A DNA stretch of 51,935 nucleotides from a virus (IMGVR_UViG_3300024344_000021:1-51935), one strand, 5' to 3'. Positions 25,947-36,284 are shown, numbered from the stretch's first letter. A program made the numbers and translations. Notes: generated by a model from the sequence alone, not told the origin.

Positions 25947-26895
25947 AGATTATTACAAACCGTTTGATTATCCGTGGATGTTTAACTACTACGTCCAACA
26001 GAATCAAATGATGTGGTTGCCAGAAGATGTACCACTTCACAATGATGTTAAGGATTGGCAGGACATGACATCACATGAAAAGAATTTACTAACTCAGATA
26101 TTTAGATTGTTTACACAGTCAGATGTAGACGTAGCCTCTGGTTACATAGACAAGTACATGAGAGTTTTTAAAAAGCCAGAAGCTAGGATGATGATGTCTT
26201 CATTTGCTAACATGGAGTCTATACATCAACACGCTTACAGTCTACTATTAGATACTGTAGGAATGCCAGAGATGGAGTACAAGGCGTTTGCTGAGTACGA
26301 GGCTATGGCTGATAAGCATGAGTATTTAAGTGGCTCTACGCTCAAGATAAACAACAAAGAATCTATAGCTAGAAACTTAGCAATCTACTCAGGGTTTACA
26401 GAGGGCTTGCAATTATTCAGTAGTTTTGTTATACTATTAAACTTTCCTAGATTCGGAAAGATGAAAGGGATGGGGCAGATAGTTACTTACAGTATACGAG
26501 ATGAGTCACTACACGTTGAAGCTATGACTCAACTCTTTAGAGAGTTTATAAAAGAGAACGTAGATATTTGGACAGATGATTTTAAAAAAGAAATCTACTC
26601 TGTGTGCAGAGAGATGGTTAAACTAGAGGATAAGTTTCTTGATTTAGTATTTGAAATGGGAGACATACAAGGATTGACTAAGACTGAGATGAAAGAATAT
26701 ATTAGATATATAGCAGACAGACGGTTACTACAGCTAGGATTAAAACCTAACTATGGTATTAAAGATAATCCTCTTGATTGGCTTGATGATGTACTAGGTG
26801 TCGAACACCAAAACTTTTTTGAAGGTAGGGCTACTACTTACATGAAAGCAGGGTTGAAAGGTAATGTAGAAAATATAAGTTTTGCAAGTGTATAG
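25927..26895 (+). CDS. nrdB: Ribonucleotide reductase class Ia beta subunit
   Basis: Di-metal ligands and radical Tyr: 'FTQSD', 'ESIHQHAY', 'EGLQL', 'DESLH', 'NFFE'. Confidence 0.95.
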   Translation: MSLLGTRDYYKPFDYPWMFNYYVQQNQMMWLPEDVPLHNDVKDWQDMTSHEKNLLTQIFRLFTQSDVDVASGYIDKYMRVFKKPEARMMMSSFANMESIHQHAYSLLLDTVGMPEMEYKAFAEYEAMADKHEYLSGSTLKINNKESIARNLAIYSGFTEGLQLFSSFVILLNFPRFGKMKGMGQIVTYSIRDESLHVEAMTQLFREFIKENVDIWTDDFKKEIYSVCREMVKLEDKFLDLVFEMGDIQGLTKTEMKEYIRYIADRRLLQLGLKPNYGIKDNPLDWLDDVLGVEHQNFFEGRATTYMKAGLKGNVENISFASV

Positions 26896-26898
26896 TAT

Positions 26899-27115
26899 TA
26901 TGGACAATAACCAAGAAGCAAACTTAGTATCTTTCAAAGTAGTACTCACAAGGGACGGTACAATTATGACTGAGTTTAGTCATCTTCCTTTAGGTCATGC
27001 TGAGAAAATATTTCACAAAGAAGACTTTGATGTTATATCTAGGATTATATCTGAGGGTAGAAAAAAACTAGAACCTATGCACGAATACATTGAAAAAGAA
27101 ATACAATCTATTTAG
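26899..27115 (+). CDS. Hypothetical protein (last gene of plus arm)
   Basis: Track ORF 26882-27115; likely start near MDNNQ (approximate). Confidence 0.55.
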
Positions 27116-27437
27116 TAGCTTTGTGGTGCATAAATGCGGTAGCTCCCATGTATGTACCTACAATACCGCACATAGAAAAATAAAAAAGCCCCAACAAATC
27201 TGACAGAGCATTCACTCTACTATCAGATATGAGGGGCGTAAATAAAACTACCGTAGTTACTACCATGATAATGATAGCTAACCAAGCCATCATCTTTTGA
27301 GCCTCAGACTTTTCTTCTCTTAGTTCTAAGTCTACCATTTCTTTAGCTCGATCTAGTTCTTCATCACTGATGATGCCATCATTGTTTAGATCAAACTTCT
27401 CGTACTTAGACTGTAGTTCTAGTTTCTTTGGAGACAT
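27108..27437 (-). CDS. EF-hand-containing two-TM membrane protein (holin-like)
   Basis: 'DLNNDGIISDEE' loop plus two hydrophobic helices. Confidence 0.6.
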   Translation of the reverse strand: MSPKKLELQSKYEKFDLNNDGIISDEELDRAKEMVDLELREEKSEAQKMMAWLAIIIMVVTTVVLFTPLISDSRVNALSDLLGLFYFSMCGIVGTYMGATAFMHHKATK

Positions 27438-27438
27438 C

Positions 27439-27618
27439 TTAGTGCGTGTTTCCCTCACCATTAAATATTTTATGAGGCTCTGACATAGCTACAAATTGAG
27501 TCTCAAATAGTTCTCTGTAGGTTTCAAAGTCTACTATGTCTAGCCCTCTAGCAGCGTGTGTTCTAGCATATATTTGATACGCTGCCCCTAGTTGATCTTC
27601 CGTGTATAGTGCTAACAT
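27439..27618 (-). CDS. Hypothetical protein, 59 aa (MLALYTEDQL...)
   Basis: Manual translation; GGAG RBS; fills the gap. Confidence 0.65.
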   Translation of the reverse strand: MLALYTEDQLGAAYQIYARTHAARGLDIVDFETYRELFETQFVAMSEPHKIFNGEGNTH

Positions 27619-27619
27619 A

Positions 27620-28096
27620 TTATTCTCCTACTCCCATTACGATGTTAACTATAAATCCTAGAAATCCTATTCCTATTAAAACTACAGAACCTATTAGTAA
27701 CATATCTAAAAGAAATTTTTTATGTTCTGCTTGTCGCCTAGCTACGGCTAGTCTTCTTTGTCTTTCTTTTTGTCTAGCTCTCATCATAGATTTATAAACA
27801 TCTCCCTGACCAGAATAGACAAATAGTTCTCTTAATTGTTTTTCTAACTCTTTAGCTTTATGTTCTGCTAGTGCTACCTCAAGTGCATGAGCCTCTACAG
27901 ACTGAGCATCAAACATTTTTTTCCCTATGGGAGTATGATCTGAATCTGCTTTAGCTTTATCTATTTTGTCTTTTGCATCAAAGAATTGTGCAAACTGAGA
28001 TGATAACTCTTGGGTGTCCTTACCTAATGCAAGACCTTTTTTTATTACTGTAATTGCTTTTGAGGCAGCAGCAATGGCTACTGTTACTTCTATCAT
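27620..28096 (-). CDS. Coiled-coil protein with C-terminal TM helix
   Basis: 158 aa; hydrophobic C-terminus. Confidence 0.65.
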   Translation of the reverse strand: MIEVTVAIAAASKAITVIKKGLALGKDTQELSSQFAQFFDAKDKIDKAKADSDHTPIGKKMFDAQSVEAHALEVALAEHKAKELEKQLRELFVYSGQGDVYKSMMRARQKERQRRLAVARRQAEHKKFLLDMLLIGSVVLIGIGFLGFIVNIVMGVGE

Positions 28097-28113
28097 TACT
28101 GCCCCCTTTAAAT

Positions 28114-28296
28114 TTAGTATCTTCTAAATAAATCTTCAGCAGCACAGTGATCCATAGCTCTGCAAATCCTTACGTTTTGCATATATAATTGTTGATCTAT
28201 ATAGTTCCATTCAGGATACTCTGACATCTGCATACTGACTTTGCTTAACGAACATCCTGTAAGTGATAGTAAAATTATTATTAATAGTCTACTCAT
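28114..28296 (-). CDS. Small lipoprotein
   Basis: Signal peptide with lipobox LTGC. Confidence 0.6.
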   Translation of the reverse strand: MSRLLIIILLSLTGCSLSKVSMQMSEYPEWNYIDQQLYMQNVRICRAMDHCAAEDLFRRY

Positions 28297-29579
28297 TGTC
28301 CTGCTATCATTCTCCTGTTTTCTCTTTCAGTTAAAATTTCTTGGTAGCCTTTTTCATCAAGATGGGTTACTGCTATCCAAGCATGAGTCATTTCATCTCC
28401 TGTTCTGCTGCCTCCATACACCCACTGATCTGCATCAGGGTTGTTAGGATTATCTTCAGTGTTGTCATACCACTGTTTAAGAACTAGTACTGCTCCTGTT
28501 GGTATCAGAGGTGCAAAGTCTGGATCGTATATGTGGCTATGATGCCAAGTTGCACTCCAGTTAGATACCTGACTAATCTGTTCTGTCACCCCAGTATCAG
28601 GGTAAAAGATTTCAAAGCTTGCTGCATTCATTCTAAGGTGTCCGTGAGGTTGCCATGAATCAATGCGAACAGGGTGATCAAAGGAGTGGAATCCTTGAGT
28701 CATGTGATAACCATGAGGAGGAATAACAATATCATCTTGATCGCTTATCCTGTAAAGCTTGAGGTCTTGAGCATATGTAAGTTCTTTAGATTCCTCTGGC
28801 GAGTATAGCCACAGTCCTATCTCTACAACATTATCTTCAATAATAGTTCCGGGTGCTATAGCTCCTAAACCACCGGGGAACATATGAATGTCCCAAGCTA
28901 TCTCAGAGTTAGCAGGTATAGTACGACAGACACCTTCCGGTACTATCTCGCCCCACTTACCCATAGCATACTCTGTCAGCATCCCATACCTCTCACCATC
29001 AACATTAACGGAGCTATTGGCATGATGCACTACACTCTTAGCATCACCTCTTGGTTTAACTTGAATAGCTTTAATACATCTATCCTCTGTCAATCCACTA
29101 GCTACGTTATGTTTATGCCATAGATCATTACCACTGGCAGGTATATCTATAGGAATAGAAGGGATAACCATAGTAGGCTCTCCAAAGTCTTCGTAGAAGT
29201 TCCACTGGTTAGGGTCTGAGAGATTAGCAGAGGGGGCTATAACGTCAGTATCGCCATACTCTGACCCAGTGTTTACCCATTCTACTATCGTGGCTATATC
29301 GGCCTCTGAGAGCCTCCAATCACCATGTAATTCCTGTATCCCTATACCCTGATCGTAAGCATATGGAGGCATCTCTCTGTTAGCTACCTTCATCTGTATC
29401 AAAGGACTCCACGGTCTAACTTGTTCATAGGTTTCAAACTGCATTGGGCCTATACCACCATCACGATGACAGACTACACAGTTGTTATTGATTATTTCAG
29501 CAACATCATCTACATAAGTAGGCACTCCATGAGCCATAGAACTTAGTAGTAATGTTCCGCTTAGTAGTAAATTTTTCAT
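28293..29579 (-). CDS. Secreted cytochrome c + type II copper monooxygenase (PHM/DBH-like) protein
   Basis: Signal peptide; CxxCH 'CVVCH' with 'MPP' axial Met; 'VVHH' and 'WDIH' (CuH-like); 'PHGH' and 'DEM' (CuM-like). Confidence 0.8.
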   Translation of the reverse strand: MKNLLLSGTLLLSSMAHGVPTYVDDVAEIINNNCVVCHRDGGIGPMQFETYEQVRPWSPLIQMKVANREMPPYAYDQGIGIQELHGDWRLSEADIATIVEWVNTGSEYGDTDVIAPSANLSDPNQWNFYEDFGEPTMVIPSIPIDIPASGNDLWHKHNVASGLTEDRCIKAIQVKPRGDAKSVVHHANSSVNVDGERYGMLTEYAMGKWGEIVPEGVCRTIPANSEIAWDIHMFPGGLGAIAPGTIIEDNVVEIGLWLYSPEESKELTYAQDLKLYRISDQDDIVIPPHGYHMTQGFHSFDHPVRIDSWQPHGHLRMNAASFEIFYPDTGVTEQISQVSNWSATWHHSHIYDPDFAPLIPTGAVLVLKQWYDNTEDNPNNPDADQWVYGGSRTGDEMTHAWIAVTHLDEKGYQEILTERENRRMIAGQ

Positions 29580-29580
29580 A

Positions 29581-29949
29581 TTAGTAACTCCATACTGTCG
29601 GCCTCGGCCTTTCTGGTGAATTTTCTATATCATCTAAATGTATAAATCTACCGCTACTACCTTTCTGATTTATTCCTATACCCGTAAACCCTGCTTCCGT
29701 AGCAGCGTCTAAAAGCATATGAGCCTTCTCTCCACGCACACCTATATCTATTGCGTGTCCTGTAGAGTGTGCTCCTGCCTTACTCTTACGAGCTTCTATG
29801 GGGTGATCTGGACAACGGTAAGCACTGTTCACAGGGAAAGGGAACCCCAACTGTTCTCTGAGTGCTTCTATCCTAGCCATAAAGTTTGGGTCCATACCAC
29901 TCTTACCACAGTGAGAGCATTTCAGTTCATCTTCTGTGAAGTATTTCAT
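29581..29949 (-). CDS. Endolysin, peptidase M15A family
   Basis: 'YFTEDELKC', 'SAYRC', 'H..GHAIDI', 'FIHLD'. Confidence 0.88.
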   Translation of the reverse strand: MKYFTEDELKCSHCGKSGMDPNFMARIEALREQLGFPFPVNSAYRCPDHPIEARKSKAGAHSTGHAIDIGVRGEKAHMLLDAATEAGFTGIGINQKGSSGRFIHLDDIENSPERPRPTVWSY

Positions 29950-32552
29950 CTCTCTTCTTTCCTCATAATATCATATGGATTAAGAATTACATCTCTACCA
30001 AATATTAATCTTTCTCCACGTTGTAATTTATCTTGAGTTCTTTGTACAGCTTTGGCTAACTCCATATCAAACTCTGTTCTACTTAAACCTTTTGATCTTT
30101 GAATAATACCAAATTGATTATTATAAGCATCTTTAGCCTGTGTTCTCCAATCTCTACCCTGTAAGGCTTCTTTAGTTCCTTGATAAAGTTCTTTAAGTTG
30201 ACCACCTACAGCAGCTACAGGATTACTTCCAGTTTCATAACCAAATAAAGAATGATTAACTGTATCAAATAATTCTTCGTTTCCTGATAATCCTATTTGA
30301 TCTCGATTAGATTTTAAATTTCTAAGTTGATCCGTAGTAATAGGTTTACCTTGGTGCATCCAAGTAACTTCTCTGTTAGGGTCTATTTGTTTAGTTAAGT
30401 CTGTTGCGTCTGCTGATATTCTTAATTGTTTTTCATCATCAAATCCTAATAACTTAGCACCTTTTTTTATACCTCTTTCAATAGCTCCTAATACACCACC
30501 TTCAGCCCTACGAGTTCTTCCAAGACTTCGTAGTACTCTGCCTCCGGTTGCATAGGGGTATAAAGATCTATCAGCATAAGTAGCTTTCTTAGCCAGTACT
30601 AGTGGCCCCACCTGTATTACTTCTTCTGCTGTAGCTACTGGCTGTCCTGTAACCCTGTCGTAAAAGAATGAATGCCTTCTAGGATCAAAGCCTACCTGTA
30701 TCCACTCGTCACTATCTAGGGCTTCAACCGCAGCATCATAGTTTTGTTTAGCATTTCTATCAATATATTTACCCATCATCTGAGCAAAAGGAGATTTTGG
30801 TTTACCTTCCATAACTCCTTGAGCCAACTCAGCAGTTGAGTATTTTTTTGAAACACTCTTCGTAAAATCAACATCTCTTATTGCAGCAGTAGATTGATGT
30901 CCCTTCGGTTTTCCATTAACGTGTATTGTAGGAACCCATGCAGAGTTTTCTTTTCTTAAATATGCAGGAATGTCCAATCTCAGCCCTACTTCTTGCCCTT
31001 CCTCAAATGGAGTGTTAAGATTTTTTCGTTTAGGTTCAGCCAATGCGGTAAACATTGCTTCATCTGTTTCTGGAATAGGTACATTCTCGTATGGATAAAC
31101 AGTATTGTTTACTATCTTATCATATTCATCAGATGTAATAGTACCTGCTTTTAAATCGTCATACGCTTTTTGTACTTCAGGAATAGTTTCTTTTAATGTT
31201 CTTGGTTGTCTCATAAAAGGGGCATCAGCAGCTTGTCTAGGGGCAGGAACAAAGTCAGTAGCAAACTGATCTTCTTTGAAAAGTATATAAGAGTTACCAC
31301 CCGCCTGACGTTCAGAAACTCTTGTAAGCTCTCCTAGATTCCTGTACTGAATACTATCAAACCCCAAGTCCTCTAGCATATTTCTAGTTACTATGTTAAT
31401 GTTGTGATCGTAAGCAGCATTCAAAAGCTTTCCTGAGTTCATATCCTTCTTACGAATAATAGAATCTATTTGTGCAGAAGCATCATCTACTATCTGAGTA
31501 AACTGTGCGTCAGGTAATTTTACTTGTTTGTTCAAAGCATCTACAAAAGTCTGTGCTTGTTCTGCTAGTTTAAGATTACCAGAAGGATCAGAACCACCAA
31601 GAAACTTAGCAGGGTTCCAGTTAATCATATCAGTATCTAACACTAAAGGATTCTTTACGTTTATAAATCCCTGCTGTAATGAAGGCTCTACACCTATAGG
31701 AACGCTTTCGTTTAACTCCTTAACAATGAAATCCATAACTTCATCAGGGACTCCTTCTTCTACTACAGCTACCCTTGCCTGTGATTCAGTCATTCCATCA
31801 TCCATATACTTAGCAATAGCTACTCGCTCTATCATGTTTTCAGCAGTAGGGTGTGTGCCTCGCATTAAGATAGTTTCAGACTGACCTTTAGTACCTATGT
31901 GCATACCTAACTCTCTTGGTATACGGGCCGACAAAGGATTATCATATCTAGTCTCTGAAAAAAACCTACCATTATATTGTGGCTTCTGCTCTACAGAGCC
32001 TTGTAAAAATTCTTCTTTGCTTACACTTGATGGCACTGGAGGTCTATCAGAAACTTTAGGAATATCGTCAACGTATCTTTGAACTAAGTCTAGGTCATCT
32101 TCAGGTATCGCATTAAACTCATCGTCTAATTCTTTTGCTAGTCTATCTTCTGCTGACCTTCTAGCCTCAAAGTATCTGTTGTCTGGTTGTTGATACTCAA
32201 TATTATTATCTGCATTATCTTTACTAACTCTAGTAACACTATAGTCAGGAGAGTTAGGGTCTACAAAATTTTCTGGCTCTCTGTATCTAAAGTCTCTAAG
32301 AGTTTCCCTAGTTCCATCGTCTGCATTAAACCTTGTAGTAGGTCTAGTGTCCTCAACAATATCATCTACACCCCTTGATAGCCTTTTGATAATAGCAATC
32401 AAACCTCCGGCTGCAAAACCAAACCTGTCCTCTTCATCTATAAAGGCTTCTCCGGCCTGTACATCGTAAGGCATACCTGTCATCTTGTCTATGCGCTCGT
32501 CTGGTTCTTCAGGAGCCTTCGGTACATTAACCTGTTCGTAATACTCTTTCAC
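29946..32552 (-). CDS. Multidomain (polyvalent) internal virion protein with ART-like domain
   Basis: 'GMHIGT', 'INVKNPL', 'GFDSIQYRN', 'SYILF..DQ'; second domain 'GLRLDIPAY...GFDPRRHSFFYD'; C-terminal 'NH...DAYNNQFG'. Confidence 0.6.
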   Translation of the reverse strand: MKEYYEQVNVPKAPEEPDERIDKMTGMPYDVQAGEAFIDEEDRFGFAAGGLIAIIKRLSRGVDDIVEDTRPTTRFNADDGTRETLRDFRYREPENFVDPNSPDYSVTRVSKDNADNNIEYQQPDNRYFEARRSAEDRLAKELDDEFNAIPEDDLDLVQRYVDDIPKVSDRPPVPSSVSKEEFLQGSVEQKPQYNGRFFSETRYDNPLSARIPRELGMHIGTKGQSETILMRGTHPTAENMIERVAIAKYMDDGMTESQARVAVVEEGVPDEVMDFIVKELNESVPIGVEPSLQQGFINVKNPLVLDTDMINWNPAKFLGGSDPSGNLKLAEQAQTFVDALNKQVKLPDAQFTQIVDDASAQIDSIIRKKDMNSGKLLNAAYDHNINIVTRNMLEDLGFDSIQYRNLGELTRVSERQAGGNSYILFKEDQFATDFVPAPRQAADAPFMRQPRTLKETIPEVQKAYDDLKAGTITSDEYDKIVNNTVYPYENVPIPETDEAMFTALAEPKRKNLNTPFEEGQEVGLRLDIPAYLRKENSAWVPTIHVNGKPKGHQSTAAIRDVDFTKSVSKKYSTAELAQGVMEGKPKSPFAQMMGKYIDRNAKQNYDAAVEALDSDEWIQVGFDPRRHSFFYDRVTGQPVATAEEVIQVGPLVLAKKATYADRSLYPYATGGRVLRSLGRTRRAEGGVLGAIERGIKKGAKLLGFDDEKQLRISADATDLTKQIDPNREVTWMHQGKPITTDQLRNLKSNRDQIGLSGNEELFDTVNHSLFGYETGSNPVAAVGGQLKELYQGTKEALQGRDWRTQAKDAYNNQFGIIQRSKGLSRTEFDMELAKAVQRTQDKLQRGERLIFGRDVILNPYDIMRKEER

Positions 32553-35500
32553 TAGTCTTCCTCATCAGGTGTGTTTAGTAATGTCCTACTCATGTCAGAA
32601 TAAATTTTTTCAAGTTCTCTTTCTATTGCATCATATTCTTTAATAGTTCCTTTTTTTGGAGTATCGCCTACTTCAGAAGCAATCTCTCGTAAGAATGGAA
32701 TATTAATATCTTCAGGAATAAATCTACCTTTTAATAATTCTCTGGAGTCATCTCTACTTATTCCTAAATCTTGTAATTGATTTAATATTTCTCTATCACT
32801 TCTAAAATACTGAGAAGCTTGTAGATTACGATATAATTCTTTTTGAATTTCATATCTTGATCGTTGTCTATCTTTATACTGTTGCGTAAGAGTTCCAAAA
32901 CTTTCTCTGTAGTTTGGTTCTGTTTCTGTAAGACTAGACATTTTATTTCTGTAATCAATTATTTTAAAATTAAGTTGTTGTTCTGGATCAAACTCTGTCC
33001 ATCTAACTCCTGTTGCTAAAGCTTTAACTTCATTACCTAAATCATAAAGAGGTTTTCCAGTATACGGATTACGTTCTTCATCTGCTGCAAGTATCATTCT
33101 TTCAGCACTCTCAAGTGTTCCCGGCAAAAGATTATCTAACAAATGATAACCTACATCTCCTACTTTATCTAAGCTAGTAGCATTAGGAGAAAACAAAACT
33201 TTTCCATCTGGAGTTCTACCATTAGGATTATTTACAGCAAAGTATATATCAGTTACAGTTTTAGTAAAAATTTCTTCTGACACAAAAGGAGCAAGTAAAG
33301 GTTTTGCTCCTTCTACTATCATATTAAATCCTGTTTCAATTACATCTTTATCTTCCATTCTTCCTTTTTGTAATTCTCGATAAGCAGAAATTATAGGTTC
33401 TTTTACTGTGTTATAAGCATCTAAATACTTTGTATCAGTTACATAAATTTTTCCTGTATCTTCATCTTGCCTCCATAACCTTACATTCTCAGAGCCACTC
33501 CACGGAGTTTCTGAAAGAACTGTAGCTGATTTACGTTGATCATCTGACCAACCTAATGAAGATGCCGTTATTTCCCCTGCTGCATCAAAGCCTATTGCGG
33601 TAGCAGATAAACCTATGCCGCGCATAACTCCTCTTCCTGCTAAAACTTTATTACCTGATCCAATTTCTTTAGCAGTTTGTCTAAATATATTATATGTAGT
33701 TCTTAGTATTTCGGCAGGAAAAGAAACAAACGAACCTATAGGTAAGTTTCTCAAAGCTTTAATGCCCGGAGGAACTCTGTCATAGTTTGGCATAGTGTTT
33801 TTTACTATGTCGGCTGCTTCTAATTCTAAAGATTCTAATTTTCTGCTGCTACCATACGCTCTCTTTAACCAATTTAATTCGCTATTAAAAGAATTAATTT
33901 TAAAAAGATCATCAGTGCCTATATAAAGTTTTTCAGCACCTCTAGAAACTTTATTAGAAAATCCTGCCATAAAATTATCTACACTAGTAGCATCAATACC
34001 TTCATTTATTAATGCTCTAAAATCACCTACTCTAACATTAGTATTTATTATTCCAAGATTTAAATACTTTTCATGCAACTCATTTAATGCTTTATCACCA
34101 CTTAATTTTGCTTCTTGACCTAAAACTCTTAAATTATTTATAGCACTTTTTTCTGACATAACCCCTAAAGAAAAAGGATTCAAACCATTTGCTAAACCAA
34201 ACTGCACTCCACCTAAAAAGTTTCTCATGTGGGTTGTCCAGTTAAAAACTGTAGCTGCTCTATTTGCAAAAGATTTAATAGATAAGAAATTTTTATAAAA
34301 ACTATTAGCTACATCAGGATCACCAAACATAGAAATTTCTTTTTCCATAATAACTTTTTCCATGTTCTCAGTAGTCCACTTACCATCTAATTTTTTACTA
34401 CCTGTATTTTTTAGTTGAACTAACCCATCCATACCTTCAGGTATATCTTTAAAAAGCCAACCTTGTTTATTTCCTATTTTATTCATGTCATCTAAAAATC
34501 TAGCTCTTTCATAAAACTTAGACATTTTATCTACAGAAATAATAAGAGCATCTTCAGGACTTTTAACTTCTCCTAATAGTTCTCTTATGGGTTGTCCTAT
34601 ATCTTTTCTTTGTCTAAATATTTTAGATTGTATACCCTTTACTACATCAAATTTCTTTTGAGCCATAATACTTCTAACAATAGAAGCTGCTCTATCATCT
34701 AAATTTGTTTTTACTTTATAAGTTTTACCTTTCTTTAACGCTTCATCAAGACGAAATGCTTCATTTTCTTGAAGTATTTTTAACATATGTTGTTCTGCTT
34801 TAGCTATAACTTGAGCAGTAGGAATAAATTCTTTGTCTTCAAATTGCCTGTAAGACCTTCTTAAATAATTATTTAAGTTATTATCTATTGTGTCTTTAAT
34901 TTTTTTATTAGGAGCAAATTGTCTTAGCTCTAAACTTAATTCATCTACTAAGTTTCGTGCTTCTACTACACTTTCAGCAACTTCAGTATTTAATTTAAAA
35001 TTAGATGTTAGATAATTAGTAAGTTCCTCACCTTCTAAATTTTTAAAAGCATTTTTATTAGCTTCACTAGTAGAAGTTAAAGCATCATAAACTCTATCTA
35101 TTGTATTTGTATCATCTGTATTTTTTACAGCATTATTTATAGCTTGTTGAAGTCTACCTGAAATATGTTGAGAACGATTCCTATACTTACGAGCAGCCTG
35201 TTGACTTTGTTCAAAAGCATCTTGACCTGCATAAGTATTAAAACCTCTAGACTGAGTAAACTTTTGCCATAGTCCTTTAATAGTACCTTCTTGATTAAAC
35301 ACCTGTGCTTGTTCAGTAGCATCATCTACAACTTTAGAACTTGATAGTGTTGTTGTACCTGTAGGAGTTTCAGCTTTAGTTCGTTTTAAACCTTCTACTG
35401 CTTTGTCTACTATTTCTTCTTTAGATAACTCATCTATATTTTTACCAAGACTTCCTGAAATTACTCCACCAAGACCACCTAAAACTATTTCAAGTGGTAA

Positions 35501-36283
35501 ATTACCAATCAACATTTTAAGTCTTTTTTCTGCATCACTATCATCTTCTTCAGGAGCTTGTAAGTATTCTCCTATTCCTAACAATGCAGAATCAGGTATG
35601 TCTGGAAACAAAGAAGAAATAATACTCCCTTCATTTGGGTTACTAATCCATTGATCAGTGGCTACTCCAGTAGCTATACCTGCTGCTGTATCCGCAGATA
35701 TTTTATATTTTCTAGTTAATTCTCTAAATGCTCTAGGAGAACTAGTAGCTAATCTACGCATCCCATTTAAAATACCTATGCCTCCTGCTACATAACTACT
35801 AAGATTTAATATAGCTCCTCCTGTAGTTTCTGTTCTTGTAGCATAACCATCTCTATCAACTATAGTACTCAACTCTTCTGTTGTAGGATTTACTAAAGAA
35901 CCTATAGCAGAATCATCAGCAGCTTTAGCTCTAGCTGTTCTTACTCTCCCCATACGTTCTCCTATGCTTAAATCATAGAAGTCATCCCCGTATAAATCTT
36001 CGGCTGTTTTATTTATATTTAAAGCGGCATTTGCAGGAACAACTGCTTCAAGAAAATCAGAAGCTTGTCCCACTGTACTTCTGTACACTCTTTTAACATC
36101 TCTCCCAAAACCACCATACTCTTCTGGCTTTTTAGGTTCAACACGATCTTCAAAAACAGTAGGAGGTAATCTATTTGGAGAGTTCATATATTCTTCATAC
36201 TCTTCAAAAGTTCTTATATCAATAGGAACATTATCTCTAGTTTCACCATTTTCAAATGTAACTGTTCTTGTTGGTAAAGGCAT
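32552..36283 (-). CDS. Large internal virion (ejection) protein
   Basis: 1243 aa helical protein in the podovirus internal-protein position. Confidence 0.6.
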   Translation of the reverse strand: MPLPTRTVTFENGETRDNVPIDIRTFEEYEEYMNSPNRLPPTVFEDRVEPKKPEEYGGFGRDVKRVYRSTVGQASDFLEAVVPANAALNINKTAEDLYGDDFYDLSIGERMGRVRTARAKAADDSAIGSLVNPTTEELSTIVDRDGYATRTETTGGAILNLSSYVAGGIGILNGMRRLATSSPRAFRELTRKYKISADTAAGIATGVATDQWISNPNEGSIISSLFPDIPDSALLGIGEYLQAPEEDDSDAEKRLKMLIGNLPLEIVLGGLGGVISGSLGKNIDELSKEEIVDKAVEGLKRTKAETPTGTTTLSSSKVVDDATEQAQVFNQEGTIKGLWQKFTQSRGFNTYAGQDAFEQSQQAARKYRNRSQHISGRLQQAINNAVKNTDDTNTIDRVYDALTSTSEANKNAFKNLEGEELTNYLTSNFKLNTEVAESVVEARNLVDELSLELRQFAPNKKIKDTIDNNLNNYLRRSYRQFEDKEFIPTAQVIAKAEQHMLKILQENEAFRLDEALKKGKTYKVKTNLDDRAASIVRSIMAQKKFDVVKGIQSKIFRQRKDIGQPIRELLGEVKSPEDALIISVDKMSKFYERARFLDDMNKIGNKQGWLFKDIPEGMDGLVQLKNTGSKKLDGKWTTENMEKVIMEKEISMFGDPDVANSFYKNFLSIKSFANRAATVFNWTTHMRNFLGGVQFGLANGLNPFSLGVMSEKSAINNLRVLGQEAKLSGDKALNELHEKYLNLGIINTNVRVGDFRALINEGIDATSVDNFMAGFSNKVSRGAEKLYIGTDDLFKINSFNSELNWLKRAYGSSRKLESLELEAADIVKNTMPNYDRVPPGIKALRNLPIGSFVSFPAEILRTTYNIFRQTAKEIGSGNKVLAGRGVMRGIGLSATAIGFDAAGEITASSLGWSDDQRKSATVLSETPWSGSENVRLWRQDEDTGKIYVTDTKYLDAYNTVKEPIISAYRELQKGRMEDKDVIETGFNMIVEGAKPLLAPFVSEEIFTKTVTDIYFAVNNPNGRTPDGKVLFSPNATSLDKVGDVGYHLLDNLLPGTLESAERMILAADEERNPYTGKPLYDLGNEVKALATGVRWTEFDPEQQLNFKIIDYRNKMSSLTETEPNYRESFGTLTQQYKDRQRSRYEIQKELYRNLQASQYFRSDREILNQLQDLGISRDDSRELLKGRFIPEDINIPFLREIASEVGDTPKKGTIKEYDAIERELEKIYSDMSRTLLNTPDEED

Positions 36284-36284
36284 A

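Noticed and set aside
25927-26895. Metal-free class Ie or class Ic RNR beta
   Set aside because: All canonical carboxylate/His ligands and the radical Tyr are present
28293-29579. Monooxygenase amidating GG-cleaved virion peptides (PHM acts on C-terminal Gly)
   Set aside because: The enzyme is predicted periplasmic while virion assembly is cytoplasmic; no PAL-like lyase seen; no supporting evidence
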